Positions 44,662 to 56,579 of a DNA stretch of 64,000 nt are shown one piece after another; the first letter of the stretch is position 1; the number at the start of each line of letters is the position of its first letter. Below the pieces are notes generated by a model. The model was given only the letters and a program-made list of their open reading frames with translations. It had not been told where the DNA came from and searched no databases. Made by a program: the position numbers and the translations under genes. The DNA comes from an uncultured virus (IMG/VR IMGVR_UViG_3300037067_013349) (lineage: Duplodnaviria; Heunggongvirae; Uroviricota; Caudoviricetes), in IMG/VR virus record IMGVR_UViG_3300037067_013349; one strand, given 5' to 3'.

Positions 44662-45114
44662 CTAGAAATCATATACAGTCACCTCTATACCCTCTAACTC
44701 TCTTCGAACTAATTCACCTATATGCTCCCAATCTCCGCCTGCAAGCCCGCATCCTATACGGGGCATATGAACGGAAGCATTATGTTCAATTGCAAACTTC
44801 CTGACCTTTTGCAAACCCTCCTTCACTGCCCAGTATCTAATAGGAGGTTCCCCCTCTGGACCAGGCTTGATGTCATGTTGCCCTATAAGGTTGGCAACAT
44901 AAATGTCGGACTCGACTTTGACGAACTGGACGGCACCGAGCACCATACCAAGCCTGTGGTCAAGATAGCGGCATCTGACTGAGGGCCATCTATTCGAGAC
45001 AGCTAGTACGAATCCCCTGCCCCATTTACAGACATCGTTGCAGATATGAACTATTACCTTGCAGCCGTCTCCGATAGGTCGAGTTGCATCACCTTGGACA
45101 TACTTAATTCCCAT
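44662..45114 (-). CDS. Macrodomain (Appr-1-p processing / DarG-TARG1-like) protein
   Basis: IKYVQGDAT, HICND..WGRGF, MPRIGCGLAGG.W, VTVY. Confidence 0.9.
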   Translation of the reverse strand: MGIKYVQGDATRPIGDGCKVIVHICNDVCKWGRGFVLAVSNRWPSVRCRYLDHRLGMVLGAVQFVKVESDIYVANLIGQHDIKPGPEGEPPIRYWAVKEGLQKVRKFAIEHNASVHMPRIGCGLAGGDWEHIGELVRRELEGIEVTVYDF

Positions 45115-45301
45115 ACCCCAGTTCTCCTGGTCGATTCTTACGGCCATACCACTCCTCGCGCGACATCGTAGCCCTATTAAAGGCTTGCAGGCATTCGAGA
45201 ATGTAGGTAGCCAGGATGTGGTCAGGTGTATTGCTCTGATTTTCAACAGAGTGCTTATTGATAAGCTGCTCTAATTCGACTTCGAATGATGTATCGGCCA
45301 T
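45104..45301 (-). CDS. Hypothetical phage protein
   Basis: LINKHS.EN.SNTPD.ILA.Y. Confidence 0.7.
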   Translation of the reverse strand: MADTSFEVELEQLINKHSVENQSNTPDHILATYILECLQAFNRATMSREEWYGRKNRPGELGYGN

Positions 45302-45691
45302 CTATGTCTCCTTATGAGTACATGTGATTAATGGTACGCTCTTTTCACAATGGAGAGGGTCATTATGCCAGATACTGTGTGCGCCATGACCCTCTGCCCT
45401 TGCTACAACCTGTCTCACTACACATTGCATATCCCATGCGATCTTACACTGAGATGGAACCTTATCGCCGTAAATGCCCATAGATCCATTGACAGGAATT
45501 CCTAGAACTTTCTTCATTTCTACACAAAGTTCCCTGACACGCTCTATCTGGTCAGTGTCGGCACTGTATATGCCATTATAGCCAATGATGTTAGCAATCT
45601 CCTCCAGCTGCCCTATACCTATTCTTGCGAACAGATCCATAGCGTTGATAAATGCTCTAACATGGGCGTCATCAAGTTCGATGGTATACAT
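45302..45691 (-). CDS. Hypothetical protein
   Basis: D.F.RIG.GQ motif. Confidence 0.7.
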   Translation of the reverse strand: MYTIELDDAHVRAFINAMDLFARIGIGQLEEIANIIGYNGIYSADTDQIERVRELCVEMKKVLGIPVNGSMGIYGDKVPSQCKIAWDMQCVVRQVVARAEGHGAHSIWHNDPLHCEKSVPLITCTHKET

Positions 45692-45726
45692 GGTGTGATC
45701 CTCATTGCGGATTCGTTGTGGGTCTA

Positions 45727-46056
45727 TTACGGGTCAGAGTCAGGGAATCTACCCTCATCATCACCATCTGCACTGAACGTCCGAGACCACCCCTCTGGTG
45801 AAAAGCCGGAGAACAGGAATTCCCTGTCCCCTGGTGATAGGCTCTTAAAGGCTTCCTGTATTTTAGCACCGCGACGATATGCGAATAATTCGGAGCCCAA
45901 TACAGTGACGCTATATTGTTTGCCGGTTACTACGCACGGGCCAGTGAAGGTATAAGTGTGGATGTCGTTATCGAACCTCTCCTCATAATCGCAATGTTTA
46001 TCTGCATATCTCATAGTTCCTACTCTTCTCCCTGCACTTTTCTGGTCTCTTCCCAA
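45727..46056 (-). CDS. Hypothetical phage protein
   Basis: IQEAF..LS..DREFL.SG.SPE.W. Confidence 0.7.
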   Translation of the reverse strand: MGRDQKSAGRRVGTMRYADKHCDYEERFDNDIHTYTFTGPCVVTGKQYSVTVLGSELFAYRRGAKIQEAFKSLSPGDREFLFSGFSPEGWSRTFSADGDDEGRFPDSDP

Positions 46057-46268
46057 TAAGCAATAGCTGCCTCGGCTATGCTATTTCCGAGACGAAATAT
46101 GCTCCGATCATGTGCGGTCTCATGTTCAGGATTGACCTGCACGCCACATTCGCCACTCATAATCGTCTTCCCAGGCGTATGGACAACCATCAGAGGATAT
46201 TCTATTATAACATTGTTGCCGTCAGAGGCATAGAATCTACGTTCTACCCCTATTGCTTCGAAACCCAT
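46020..46268 (-). CDS. Hypothetical protein
   Basis: GGAGG RBS. Confidence 0.55.
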   Translation of the reverse strand: MGFEAIGVERRFYASDGNNVIIEYPLMVVHTPGKTIMSGECGVQVNPEHETAHDRSIFRLGNSIAEAAIAYWEETRKVQGEE

Positions 46269-46272
46269 CGTA

Positions 46273-46470
46273 TTACCTCCATTTAGTGATATTGATGAAG
46301 AACATGCCGATAAATAATAGGCACATTCCTATTATTCCGCTGATTAACAAAATTCGGCATTGCCACCACTGCAATATCTCATTATGGTAACGCCACCACA
46401 ACTCCAATGCAAGGGTGGCAAACGTCGCTATAACGCCAGCTCCGAAAACAGCGATAGATAGTACTTTCAT
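46273..46470 (-). CDS. Small two-TM membrane protein
   Basis: Two hydrophobic segments. Confidence 0.55.
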   Translation of the reverse strand: MKVLSIAVFGAGVIATFATLALELWWRYHNEILQWWQCRILLISGIIGMCLLFIGMFFINITKWR

Positions 46471-46638
46471 TTCTTCCTCAGACTAAACCATAGACTAATC
46501 AATAAGCCGATGGGATAACAGAAGAAGTCTATCCACTTGTTAGGTCGTGTAGTAGACAAGCAATACCAGATACAAACACACAAGGAAGTCATCAAATAGA
46601 ATATTATGACAGCAAGTGCTACAAGTATCCAGCCCACA

Positions 46639-46881
46639 TTACTTCCTCGCTAATTGTTTTATATCCACCTCGTCAACTAAAATTCGGTCGAAATGAATCA
46701 GGTCTAAACCAATGAAGTGTCTGCGTGCTTCTCCAAATAGTTTAGCTATGTCTGGTTCTGTCTTCAGTTCTTTGTACAGGTTCCTAAGAGCCTGTACTCT
46801 ATGATCGTCCCTGCCTTCCCTCCCCTTTATCTCTATGCCGAGTAAGATTATTCGATATAGAGTGTATTCTCGTGGTGTCAC
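46639..46881 (-). CDS. Hypothetical protein
   Basis: GGAG RBS. Confidence 0.55.
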   Translation of the reverse strand: MTPREYTLYRIILLGIEIKGREGRDDHRVQALRNLYKELKTEPDIAKLFGEARRHFIGLDLIHFDRILVDEVDIKQLARK

Positions 46882-47065
46882 TGTTAATCTCCCGGTAGTC
46901 TTACATCATTAAAATACGTGGAATTATAGCAAGCTTGACTATGCTTTTCTTGAGCTTTTTCTTGCTTTTTCTTTTTATTCTGTCCGAAGGGCGTAGAACT
47001 ACGTATAAATAAAAAGAGGCTTAAGAAAGCTAAAGAAAAAACTCGGAGATACCAAGAAGAGCCTG

Positions 47066-50000
47066 TTATTCCGGAATAGCCCAAACAGCTACTCCTCCGC
47101 TGACTCTTAAAATATAATCACCATCTGTAGTGGGTGCCCCTGGTATCCCTGAAGACACACCTGTTGCACCAGCCGCCCCTGAGGCACCAGCAACGCCTGA
47201 GGCACCGGCAGCTCCAGATGCCCCGTCTAATCCAGCCGGGCCGGTTGCGCCAGGATCGCCACCACCAGGTCCAGTAGCACCAGATGCTCCAGGAGGGCCA
47301 GAAGCTCCACCAGTCTCTCCTTGAGGACCGGTAGCACCAGTGTATCCTATTTCTCCTGTAGCACCTGGATCACCTATGCCAGAAGCTCCATCGATGCCAG
47401 TGGCACCTGTAAGGCCAATCGCCCCCGTTGCACCTGAAGCTCCCGAAGGACCAGTAGCACCAGTAAATCCTACAGCTCCGGTAGCACCCTGTAACCCTGT
47501 GGCTCCAGAAGCCCCATCTACACCTGATGCTCCTTGCACGCCAGCCCCAGTAGCACCAACATATCCAGTAGCACCGGTAGCTCCTGTCTCGCCCTGAGGG
47601 CCAGAAGCTCCACCAGTTGGACCCTGAGGACCGGTAGCCCCTGTCGCTCCATCTAACCCGGTAGCGCCAGGCTCACCTGCACCGGTAGCACCTATTTCTC
47701 CTTGCGGACCAGTAGATCCTGTGGCACCAGTTAAACCAGTAGCTCCGGCAGATCCATACAAACCGGTAGCCCCAGTGGCTCCAGCGACACCCGTGGCTCC
47801 TGGAGGGCCGGAGGCTCCGCCAGTAGGACCTTGAGGACCAGTGGCTCCTGTCTCTCCCTGCGGACCTGAAGCTCCGCCAGTATCTCCCTGCGGTCCGGTT
47901 GCGCCTGAAGCACCATCTTGGCCTGCTGATCCAGTTGCTCCGCTAGCACCTCTGGGGCCTGTAGAACCTGTTGCACCAGTAGCTCCGGTATAGCCAGTAG
48001 CTCCTATCGGGCCGCCGCTTGGACCTGTGGCACCGGTAAGCCCCGTTGCACCATCTACACCAGTGGCACCAGAGGCACCTCGGATACCTGATGCTCCATC
48101 CACACCTTGGGTACCTGTAGCTCCTGTTGCTCCCGGATCTCCTGGAGGTCCAGAAGCTCCACCAGGATCGCCTTGAGGGCCGGTAGCACCAGTAGCACCA
48201 TCGAGGCCGGTAGCACCAGTAGCACCATCTGATCCTACGTAGCCAGAAGCCCCAACAGGTCCAGTAGAGCCAGTCGCACCTGTTTCACCTTGTGGCCCGG
48301 AAGCCCCACCAGGATCGCCTTGAGGGCCGGTTGCTCCAGTAGCACCATCCTCACCTTGAGGACCGGTAGCTCCTGGAGGACCAGAAGCTCCACCAGTCTC
48401 TCCTTGAGGACCGGTAGCACCAGTGTATCCCGTTGCACCAGTAGCACCATCAGATCCTACGTAGCCAGATGCACCTGGTAATCCTGTGGCTCCATCGATA
48501 CCAGTTGCACCGGTAGCACCATCTGAGCCTATATAGCCTGAAGCACCTGGTAATCCTGTGGCTCCAGATACACCATCAATACCAGTTGCACCAGTAGCAC
48601 CATCTGAGCCTATATAGCCTGAAGCACCAGGAGCACCAGTGGCTCCACTGGCTCCAGATGCTCCAGGAGGGCCAGAAGCTCCACCAGTCTCTCCTTGAGG
48701 ACCGGTAGCACCTGTGTACCCCGTTGCACCAGTGGCACCATCAGCTCCCGTCTCTCCTTGTAATCCGGTTGCACCTGAAGCCCCATTTATACCTGTAGCT
48801 CCGGGATCTCCTATACCGCTTGCTCCCTGGATACCTGTAGCGCCAGTAGCTCCGCTAGCTCCATCAGGCCCTTGAGGGCCGGTAGCACCAGTAGCACCTA
48901 TACCGCTTGCTCCCTGGATACCTGTAGCGCCAGTAGCTCCGCTAGCCCCGTCTATACCTGTAGCTCCGGGATCTCCTATACCGCTTGCTCCCTGAATGCC
49001 GGTAGCTCCTGAAGCACCTGAAGCACCATCTACACCGGTAGCACCAGTAGGACCTATTTCTCCTTGTGTGCCAGTGGCCCCTTCAGAACCTGTGGCTCCT
49101 GAAGCTCCGCTAGCACCATCTATACCTGTAGCTCCGGGATCTCCTACGCCCGAAGCACCCTGAATGCCGGTAGCACCAGTAGCTCCGCTTGCTCCATCAA
49201 TGCCAGTAGCACCAGTAGGACCTATTTCTCCTTGAACTCCTGTTGCTCCAGAAGCACCACTAGCTCCGTCGATGCCTGTAGCGCCCGTGTCTCCGACACC
49301 AGAAGCACCTTGCACGCCAGTTGCTCCTGAAGCACCTGAGGCTCCATCAACACCTGTTGCTCCGGTATCTCCTACACCGCTTGCCCCTTGGACTCCTGTA
49401 GCACCAGAAGCTCCACTAGCTCCATCGGGACCTTGCAGACCTGTTGCTCCGGTATCTCCTACACCGCTTGCTCCTTGGACGCCTGTAGCACCAGAAGCTC
49501 CACTAGCACCGAGATTACCCTGTGACCCTGTAGCCCCTATTTCTCCTTGCGGACCGGTAGATCCTTGGACACCAGTAGCACCAGAGGCACCGCTAGCTTC
49601 TCTGACGCCTGTAGCACCAGCAAGACCGGTAGCTCCAGTATAACCCGTAGCACCAGTGGTTCCGGTAGAAGACCCGCTTGCTCCTTGTGGTCCAGTTGCA
49701 CCTATATCCCCTTGGATGCCGGTAGCTCCTGTAGCTCCCGAAGCTCCGCTAGCACCTATTTCTCCCTGTGGGCCTGTAGCACCAGAAGCACCTGGAGGGC
49801 CAGAAGCTCCGCCAGTCTCTCCTTGAGGACCGGTAGCACCAGTGTATCCCGTTGCACCAGTTGATCCAGTAAAACCGGTAGCACCAGAAGCACCACTAGC
49901 TCCATATGGGCCAATCAAACCAGTAGCACCAGTAAAGCCTGTGGCACCCGAAGCTCCGCTGGCCCCGTCTACGCCGGTTGCACCCATCTCCCCGGTGTCG

Positions 50001-53000
50001 CCTTTTAGACCGGTTGCGCCAGTTTCACCAGTAGCACCTGGAATCCCTGTGGCTCCGCTGGCACCTGAAGCACCTGGTGGTCCTGAAGCTCCACCAGTCT
50101 CTCCTTGAGGACCGGTAGCACCTTCAATACCAGTTGCGCCTGTCTCACCTGTTGCGCCTGTTTCTCCCTGTGGGCCTGTAGCACCAGAAGCACCACTAGC
50201 TCCGTCAATACCAGTAGCACCAGGATCTCCTATACCACTAGCTCCCTGAACACCCGTTGCGCCTGAAGCACCAGAGGCCCCGTCAATGCCGGTAGCACCA
50301 GTATCACCTATACCAGAAGCACCTTGTACGCCTGTGGCTCCTGAAGCTCCGCTAGCACCAGGGATACCTTGTAATCCAGTTGCACCGGTGAGGCCGACAC
50401 CAGAAGCACCTTGTACGCCTGTGGCTCCTGAAGCACCAGATGCTCCATCGGCACCGGTAGCCCCTATACCACTAGCTCCTTGTACGCCTGTGGCTCCTGA
50501 AGCTCCGCTAGCACCATCAATACCAGTTGCGCCGGTGAGACCTGTCTCGCCTTGAATACCTGAAGCTCCGTCTATGCCTGTAGCACCAGTCTCTCCTTGC
50601 GGTCCGGAAGCTCCACCAGTCTCACCCTGCGGACCTGTTGCACCTGAAGCCCCATCAATACCTGTAGCACCGGTTGATCCTTGCGGACCAGTTGAACCTG
50701 TAGCACCAACTAAACCTGTGACGCCTGTGGACCCGGTAAGACCAATGGCACCCGTAGCACCTCTGGTTCCAGACGCTCCTTGGACACCGGTAGCTCCGGA
50801 AGCACCTGATGCGCCAGGCGCTCCGGAAGCTCCTCCAGTTTCTCCCTGAGGGCCGGTAGCCCCTTGCACGCCTGTGGCACCAGAAGCTCCGCTAGCACCA
50901 GATATACCTGAAGCTCCACTGGCTCCAGATGCTCCAGGAGGGCCAGAAGCTCCACCAGTTGGACCCTGAGGACCAGTGGAACCAGTTGCACCTGTCTCAC
51001 CTTGCGGACCAGATGCACCAATTCCGCTAGCTCCCCTTATACCTGTTGCCCCGGTAGCTCCTTTAGCTCCAGTTGCACCTGTCAGACCGGAAGCACCAAT
51101 ATAACCAGATGCACCGAATATACCGGTGGAACCAGTAGCACCAGCAAGACCTGTAGCACCAACTGGCCCGCCACTTGGACCTGTGGCACCTGTAAGTCCG
51201 ATTGGGCCTGTTGAACCGGTAGAGCCAATCGGGCCTGTTGAACCAGTGGCACCTGTAGCACCAGTGAGGCCAGAAGCGCCCTGAGGGCCGGAAGCTCCAC
51301 CAGTTGGGCCAGTAGCACCTGTATATCCAGAAGCACCTGTAGCACCTCCGATACCGGTGGCACCTGTCAATCCCTGTGCACCTGTAGAACCAGTTGCGCC
51401 TGTTGGACCTCCAGCAGGGCCAGTAGCACCGCTGGCACCTAGCGGACCTGTAGAACCAGTTGCTCCAACAGGGCCACCACTGGGACCGGTTGCTCCCGTT
51501 TCACCCGTTGCGCCTGTTGAGCCATTTATGCCGTTAGTACCTGATGCACCAGTTACTCCAGATGCACCATGGATGCCAGTTGCACCACGTATGCCAGTTG
51601 CACCTGTCGCACCAGACGGACCTGAGGCTCCACCAGGATCTCCTTGTGGACCTGTTGCACCCGAAGCTCCATCATCTCCCGCTGCTCCTGTAGCACCTCT
51701 GGGTCCAGTAGCACCAGGAGAGCCTATACCCGTTGCTCCTGTGGCTCCGGTTGGGCCACCGGCAGGACCAGTTGCACCAGCCGGACCAGTTGAACCTGTC
51801 GCTCCTGTGGCCCCAGATATAGCTTGTGGTGTCCAGCCAAGATGGCCAGCACCATCAGTTTTCAGAATATAGCCAGTAGCTCCGTCAGCACTAGGCCATC
51901 GAAGATTGTCTATGTAAACATATGTGCCTGTACCACTAACGCCCAATCTCAGATTAGATGATATAGCATTGATTTGAAGATCTGATCCGCCAACCGAATG
52001 GATAATATTAACTTGTAACCCATCAACTTCATCATATTGAAAGACATTATCATCTATGAGACGGCCATGTGTACCAACAAATGGAATCCGTCCAGTAACT
52101 AATATCGTCCCATCATTTAAAACGAATCCTTTGCGAGCGTTATTTGTTGTAATGGTGAAATATAGATCATCATAAGTAAATTCGATCACTCCAGCTTCTG
52201 GTGTGGCTAGAACGCTACCGCTTGTCAATTTGATGGGGGCGGTACCAGGAGCTGCTTCACCTGCTGCTAGGTGTATCCTCGCGGTAGGATCGTAAATGCC
52301 TACCCCTAATTGGCGGCAGCTAGCAGTCGCACTATCGTTGGTTCGCGACCCTTCTAATATATTATAATAATTAGTAAGGAGATGCTGCTCATATTCTGGA
52401 GTTCCACTATTGTCTACTAATCTAACGGTGCCAAGCCATCGGTGTCCCTTATAATCACCAGATGTAACATATACCGGTGTCCCATTTAACGTTGCAATGC
52501 CGTCATCATCTACTTGTATCCAATATCCGGCTGCTAAATCATCAGCAAAAATGTTTGATGTATGGCTGACAACGCAAGCATAAACCGACGAAGCGTTTTT
52601 AGCTCTTGCACCAACGCCATATGAATGACTAGTTACCCAATCCTCATATCGAATTGACGACAGCGGATCATATGCAATGAACTTGATTTCGCCAATAGTG
52701 CAGAACCAATAGAAAGTACTGACATATTGGTGGAAGTACGGATAAGTGCATGCTGTGGCCTCAATCTTATAGTATCTATATTTTACATTATTGGAGAATG
52801 TAAAATATTCTGACCACGCATTCCATGGACTAGGAGGATCTATTTCTTCTCGCGTATCAAGTAAATCCCAATTTACATTATCATTAGAAGCCAGGATAGT
52901 CCAATCTCGTGGCAGAGAATTTGCTGTATGATCGCTATTCTCAAGCTTAGCTTTCCAAGCATATTTATTAATGGCTTTTTCATTTCCGGCCCCAAAATCA

Positions 53001-53740
53001 TAAATAATCCACATAGGGACCTGAAAAGGATCGCCAGGTGTATAATAATGATCACCAATCCGAACACCCCATCCAGAATTAGCAGCTTGACTGAATGCGT
53101 CCCATCCATATAATGGAGTATTGTATAAATCTCTGTATATTATCCCATGCGAACTTTCTATGACAATATTAGGGATGGGCGTATCAAAACCCGTCATAGC
53201 AGTGGTACAGGTATTGGTTCCTGGATTCGATTTACCATCAGCAGGCGTGAATTTCCAAGGTGCGAATTCTAACTCGAATGATGTGGGAGTCCGAAGAAAG
53301 GCGAAAACATCATATGTCCTATCATCTATAAGCACTGCACCATTCATATCTGTGGCGGTGTTTAGTGCAGATGGAGGAGTATCTACAAATATTAGATCCC
53401 ATAAGTCCGAAGATTGATTATATAATCGTATCTGATTCGATTGGACAAAATGCCAACTTAGAGTCGTAGCATTGAGAACCTTCAAATTGCCATCTACAAC
53501 ATTGCCGCCTGGCCCTGTAGCACCGGTAGCACCTGTTGCTCCTGTATAACCGGTAGCACCTGTTGCTCCTGTATAACCGGTAGCACCTGTTGCACCAGAA
53601 AGGCCAGTTATTCCAGATGCTCCCGTTAAGCCAGTAGCACCTGCAACACCAGTAGCGCCTGTTAAGCCGGTAGCACCAGGAGCACCGGAGGCACCGCCGC
53701 CGCTTGCACCGAATATAGGAAGAACACTAGTTGTAAACAT
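47066..53740 (-). CDS. Giant collagen-like fibre protein with discoidin/F5-8C-like and CBM5/12-like domains
   Basis: ~1550 aa of GAT/GAS G-X-Y repeats; WIIYDFG...[22 protein letters not shown]...Y.C...HTS. Confidence 0.9.
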   Translation of the reverse strand: MFTTSVLPIFGASGGGASGAPGATGLTGATGVAGATGLTGASGITGLSGATGATGYTGATGATGYTGATGATGATGPGGNVVDGNLKVLNATTLSWHFVQSNQIRLYNQSSDLWDLIFVDTPPSALNTATDMNGAVLIDDRTYDVFAFLRTPTSFELEFAPWKFTPADGKSNPGTNTCTTAMTGFDTPIPNIVIESSHGIIYRDLYNTPLYGWDAFSQAANSGWGVRIGDHYYTPGDPFQVPMWIIYDFGAGNEKAINKYAWKAKLENSDHTANSLPRDWTILASNDNVNWDLLDTREEIDPPSPWNAWSEYFTFSNNVKYRYYKIEATACTYPYFHQYVSTFYWFCTIGEIKFIAYDPLSSIRYEDWVTSHSYGVGARAKNASSVYACVVSHTSNIFADDLAAGYWIQVDDDGIATLNGTPVYVTSGDYKGHRWLGTVRLVDNSGTPEYEQHLLTNYYNILEGSRTNDSATASCRQLGVGIYDPTARIHLAAGEAAPGTAPIKLTSGSVLATPEAGVIEFTYDDLYFTITTNNARKGFVLNDGTILVTGRIPFVGTHGRLIDDNVFQYDEVDGLQVNIIHSVGGSDLQINAISSNLRLGVSGTGTYVYIDNLRWPSADGATGYILKTDGAGHLGWTPQAISGATGATGSTGPAGATGPAGGPTGATGATGIGSPGATGPRGATGAAGDDGASGATGPQGDPGGASGPSGATGATGIRGATGIHGASGVTGASGTNGINGSTGATGETGATGPSGGPVGATGSTGPLGASGATGPAGGPTGATGSTGAQGLTGATGIGGATGASGYTGATGPTGGASGPQGASGLTGATGATGSTGPIGSTGSTGPIGLTGATGPSGGPVGATGLAGATGSTGIFGASGYIGASGLTGATGAKGATGATGIRGASGIGASGPQGETGATGSTGPQGPTGGASGPPGASGASGASGISGASGASGATGVQGATGPQGETGGASGAPGASGASGATGVQGASGTRGATGAIGLTGSTGVTGLVGATGSTGPQGSTGATGIDGASGATGPQGETGGASGPQGETGATGIDGASGIQGETGLTGATGIDGASGASGATGVQGASGIGATGADGASGASGATGVQGASGVGLTGATGLQGIPGASGASGATGVQGASGIGDTGATGIDGASGASGATGVQGASGIGDPGATGIDGASGASGATGPQGETGATGETGATGIEGATGPQGETGGASGPPGASGASGATGIPGATGETGATGLKGDTGEMGATGVDGASGASGATGFTGATGLIGPYGASGASGATGFTGSTGATGYTGATGPQGETGGASGPPGASGATGPQGEIGASGASGATGATGIQGDIGATGPQGASGSSTGTTGATGYTGATGLAGATGVREASGASGATGVQGSTGPQGEIGATGSQGNLGASGASGATGVQGASGVGDTGATGLQGPDGASGASGATGVQGASGVGDTGATGVDGASGASGATGVQGASGVGDTGATGIDGASGASGATGVQGEIGPTGATGIDGASGATGATGIQGASGVGDPGATGIDGASGASGATGSEGATGTQGEIGPTGATGVDGASGASGATGIQGASGIGDPGATGIDGASGATGATGIQGASGIGATGATGPQGPDGASGATGATGIQGASGIGDPGATGINGASGATGLQGETGADGATGATGYTGATGPQGETGGASGPPGASGASGATGAPGASGYIGSDGATGATGIDGVSGATGLPGASGYIGSDGATGATGIDGATGLPGASGYVGSDGATGATGYTGATGPQGETGGASGPPGATGPQGEDGATGATGPQGDPGGASGPQGETGATGSTGPVGASGYVGSDGATGATGLDGATGATGPQGDPGGASGPPGDPGATGATGTQGVDGASGIRGASGATGVDGATGLTGATGPSGGPIGATGYTGATGATGSTGPRGASGATGSAGQDGASGATGPQGDTGGASGPQGETGATGPQGPTGGASGPPGATGVAGATGATGLYGSAGATGLTGATGSTGPQGEIGATGAGEPGATGLDGATGATGPQGPTGGASGPQGETGATGATGYVGATGAGVQGASGVDGASGATGLQGATGAVGFTGATGPSGASGATGAIGLTGATGIDGASGIGDPGATGEIGYTGATGPQGETGGASGPPGASGATGPGGGDPGATGPAGLDGASGAAGASGVAGASGAAGATGVSSGIPGAPTTDGDYILRVSGGVAVWAIPE

Positions 53741-53814
53741 CTATACGCCTTTTGTGCTTATCTTTTACTGTCCTCACCAAAAATATATTCGGACGACAAT
53801 ATTTGGAGATCCAA

Positions 53815-54087
53815 ATGCGTTACTTCAGTCAACAGTTAAATTATTTATTATCTGAAGACAACTCTAAGACGCCCAAAGCTGAGCGATCGCCTTTGTGGAG
53901 GCTAGAGCAGGAATTAAAGAGACTTAACGCAAAATGTTGTATGAATAGCGGCATGGGCGAGCGATATGAATTCTGGCGACGTAAGAGAGATCTCATATTA
54001 AAAGAAATCTTGAAACATAGACCACTCAATGATTGGGAGAAAAGGTGCTGCCAGATACATGCACCAGTGAGAGATAGCGGCCTGTAG
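53815..54087 (+). CDS. Hypothetical protein
   Basis: GGAG RBS. Confidence 0.6.
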   Translation: MRYFSQQLNYLLSEDNSKTPKAERSPLWRLEQELKRLNAKCCMNSGMGERYEFWRRKRDLILKEILKHRPLNDWEKRCCQIHAPVRDSGL

Positions 54088-54155
54088 GCATTGATGAAAG
54101 TATCGGAAGATATACAAAACAGATAGAATTATAGCTGAAGTATTTTATATTTCTG

Positions 54156-54184
54156 TTAATTAGATGCGGTCCTTATGCTATAAT
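54156..54184 (+). promoter_or_regulatory. Conserved promoter
   Basis: TTAATT-N17-TATAAT, TATGC. Confidence 0.7.
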
Positions 54185-54189
54185 TGCAT

Positions 54190-54678
54190 ATGGGTAGATA
54201 TACGCTTCGAGAGCGATTATGGCATAAGGATAGGCGCTGCCATTGGTGTGGAAGATTAACGAGGTTAATAGTTCCCGGAAATCACGAAAAATTGCCTGAT
54301 GACATGGCAACAGTGGACCATCTATACAGCAGGCTCGATGAAAACCGACATAACCTAAAACGAGGCATCATTAGGAAGGACAAGAGTGGCAATATTGTCC
54401 TTGTCCGCCGCGTGTTGGCATGCTATTCTTGCAACCAACGTCGTGGTAGGGTAGAATGTAAACTGACGAAGGCACTAGAACATAGAATCTCGACAGCTAA
54501 TGGATTGCCACGTTACTCTGCCAGACACAAACAACTTCACGAGTGTGATTGTAAAGAACGCCGATATCGGCTTCGCAGGCTAAAAGAAATGGCAGAAAGA
54601 AACATCGCCGGATTGATCCGCGTCATGGGTCTGCCCCTACACGAATCTACTATTGAGGAAAATAATGCATTATCATGA
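54190..54678 (+). CDS. HNH endonuclease-like protein
   Basis: CHWCG, ATVDHL, LACYSCNQRRG. Confidence 0.8.
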   Translation: MGRYTLRERLWHKDRRCHWCGRLTRLIVPGNHEKLPDDMATVDHLYSRLDENRHNLKRGIIRKDKSGNIVLVRRVLACYSCNQRRGRVECKLTKALEHRISTANGLPRYSARHKQLHECDCKERRYRLRRLKEMAERNIAGLIRVMGLPLHESTIEENNALS

Positions 54679-55720
54679 GGCTTTAGAACATTGTATCTTC
54701 CGTTATACCTCCGGATCACATCAGTACGGAACAAATAGGCCCGACAGCGACATTGATATGCGTGGTGTATTCATCGCGCCATTGCGTTGTGCCTTCGACA
54801 TCTTTCAAACGAGTTTTGTAGGCGCTGGTACTCTCAGACAGACTCTAACTGCCGCTATCAGTGCAATTGAAGGTGCTGATATGTCTTCGGCCAAGAATCT
54901 GGTTCAGAATGCGCTTATGACAGACAGGGGAGATTTGTCTCTGTCTGTTGAAACTGTTTGTGATCCAAAAGCAGATTCAGAATTGCAAGAGCTACGAAAG
55001 TTCTTCAAACTGGCTGCCGATTGTAACCCCAACATCATTGAATTTCTGTATGTTGATGATTTGATTGACATTTGCACCGATGAGTGGGAACTCATACGAA
55101 GGCATCGTGATCTATTCTTGTCTAAGAGAGCCAGATGGACTTTTGCTGGTTATGCTATACAGCAGCTAAAGCGTATCAGAGTCCATCGCGGCTACTTGCT
55201 CAATCCACCAGAACACAAGCCAACACGACAAGAGTTTGGATTGCCGGAAAACAGCAAGATTTCGCGAGAACACCAAAATGCCATCTTGTCACTGCCTGAG
55301 GATTACGTCTCAGACAATCTAAAAGACCAAGTAGCAGATGAGCGTCGATATGCAGAAGCGCTCATGCAATGGAATTCCTATCAATCATGGGACAAAAAAC
55401 GTAATCCTGCTCGAAAAGAACTGGAAAGAAAATATGGCTATGACGTTAAGCATAGCATGCATCTGATCAGATTATCTCGGATGGCAGAAGAGATATTAAG
55501 AGATCAAAAGGTCTTAGTTAAACGGCCTGATGCTGACGAGCTTAAGGGCATTCTTCGTGGTGAATGGAAATATGAGGATATTGAAGCCGTTGCCGATGGT
55601 CTTGACGAGAGGCTCGATGCTCTGTATAAATCATCGAGCCTTAGAGATGCTCCGGATCGGAAGAAGATATCTGAATTGTATAGAGTGATCTGTGCCGCAA
55701 GGTATGGCATTCCAGTATAA
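54665..55720 (+). CDS. Pol-beta superfamily nucleotidyltransferase (RlaP/YcgL-like)
   Basis: SGSHQYGT..PDSDID.RGVF, NPNIIEFL, GYA..Q, YD.K..MHLIRL. Confidence 0.88.
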   Translation: MHYHEALEHCIFRYTSGSHQYGTNRPDSDIDMRGVFIAPLRCAFDIFQTSFVGAGTLRQTLTAAISAIEGADMSSAKNLVQNALMTDRGDLSLSVETVCDPKADSELQELRKFFKLAADCNPNIIEFLYVDDLIDICTDEWELIRRHRDLFLSKRARWTFAGYAIQQLKRIRVHRGYLLNPPEHKPTRQEFGLPENSKISREHQNAILSLPEDYVSDNLKDQVADERRYAEALMQWNSYQSWDKKRNPARKELERKYGYDVKHSMHLIRLSRMAEEILRDQKVLVKRPDADELKGILRGEWKYEDIEAVADGLDERLDALYKSSSLRDAPDRKKISELYRVICAARYGIPV

Positions 55721-55747
55721 ACCTTTTTATTACCCCAGGAGGAGCAC

Positions 55748-56119
55748 GTGGCAAAAGCCAAAAGTGTGAATCGGACGCCCACAGCTGGGCAAACTCGTGT
55801 CGTGTTTGTTGTCGACAGTGAATTCTGTGCGACACTCGGTGAATTTTTGGTCAAGCGTGGTGGCCAAAATAAAGAACTTACCGACTTCGGCCACGAGTTA
55901 GTCGATTTGGTAATCATAGATCGATTCCAAATCGACCCTGTGGAGATCGAAGTTGCAATCCAGAAGAAAACAAAAAAAGAGGCGAAAGAAGAAAAAGCTA
56001 CTCGCGGCCGACTGGTCAAAGAGGCCAAACGGTTACATAAGAAAGGGCAGTCTTATCGCGCGATTGGAAAACAGCTTGGTGTTTCGGCCATTACTGTTTC
56101 GCGTTACTGCAACAAATAA
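55748..56119 (+). CDS. Protein with C-terminal HTH
   Basis: GQSYRAIGKQLGVSAITVSRY. Confidence 0.75.
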   Translation: MAKAKSVNRTPTAGQTRVVFVVDSEFCATLGEFLVKRGGQNKELTDFGHELVDLVIIDRFQIDPVEIEVAIQKKTKKEAKEEKATRGRLVKEAKRLHKKGQSYRAIGKQLGVSAITVSRYCNK

Positions 56120-56376
56120 TGAAGCAGCAGCTGCGCGTTTGGTGGAGTCATCCGCCGCATACGGAGATATTTTATATCTCCGCACCAGGGGTGATCGAAG
56201 CCAAAATGATGCTTGGGATACTTGCTGACTATGACAACCATCTAGTCAGCAGCGGTATTATACATGACATTAATAACGTGGGCGGTCTAGAAGAATTCGA
56301 TGGAAGTTCCTGGATTGAATGGGAGTCGGACAATGGCGACGACATTTGGAACCATAATATTCAGGAATCATTGTGA
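56119..56376 (+). CDS. P22 gp17-like (superinfection-exclusion escape) protein
   Basis: LRVWW..P, LADYD, N.GGLE, W.EW. Confidence 0.65.
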   Translation: MKQQLRVWWSHPPHTEIFYISAPGVIEAKMMLGILADYDNHLVSSGIIHDINNVGGLEEFDGSSWIEWESDNGDDIWNHNIQESL

Positions 56377-56579
56377 CTCTTCTGCGACAAATTCGACCGA
56401 TAGCACGATTTCTACGATTTTGGCACACATTAATTCATATGCACTGTGCTATCGACATATATCACATAGACGGATCTATTACGATTACCTGTCAATGTGG
56501 TAAAGTGTGGGGCGAAATGTCTAAAGAGAATCAGCAAATATTAGATGTTTTGAATGACAAAATGAAGCATAAAAAATGA
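56373..56579 (+). CDS. Hypothetical protein
   Basis: GTGA coupling; CQCGK. Confidence 0.5.
   Translation: MTLLRQIRPIARFLRFWHTLIHMHCAIDIYHIDGSITITCQCGKVWGEMSKENQQILDVLNDKMKHKK

Noticed and set aside
47130..51872. Pro/Ala/Val-rich plus-strand ORFs
   Set aside because: Antisense shadows of the collagen codon repeats.
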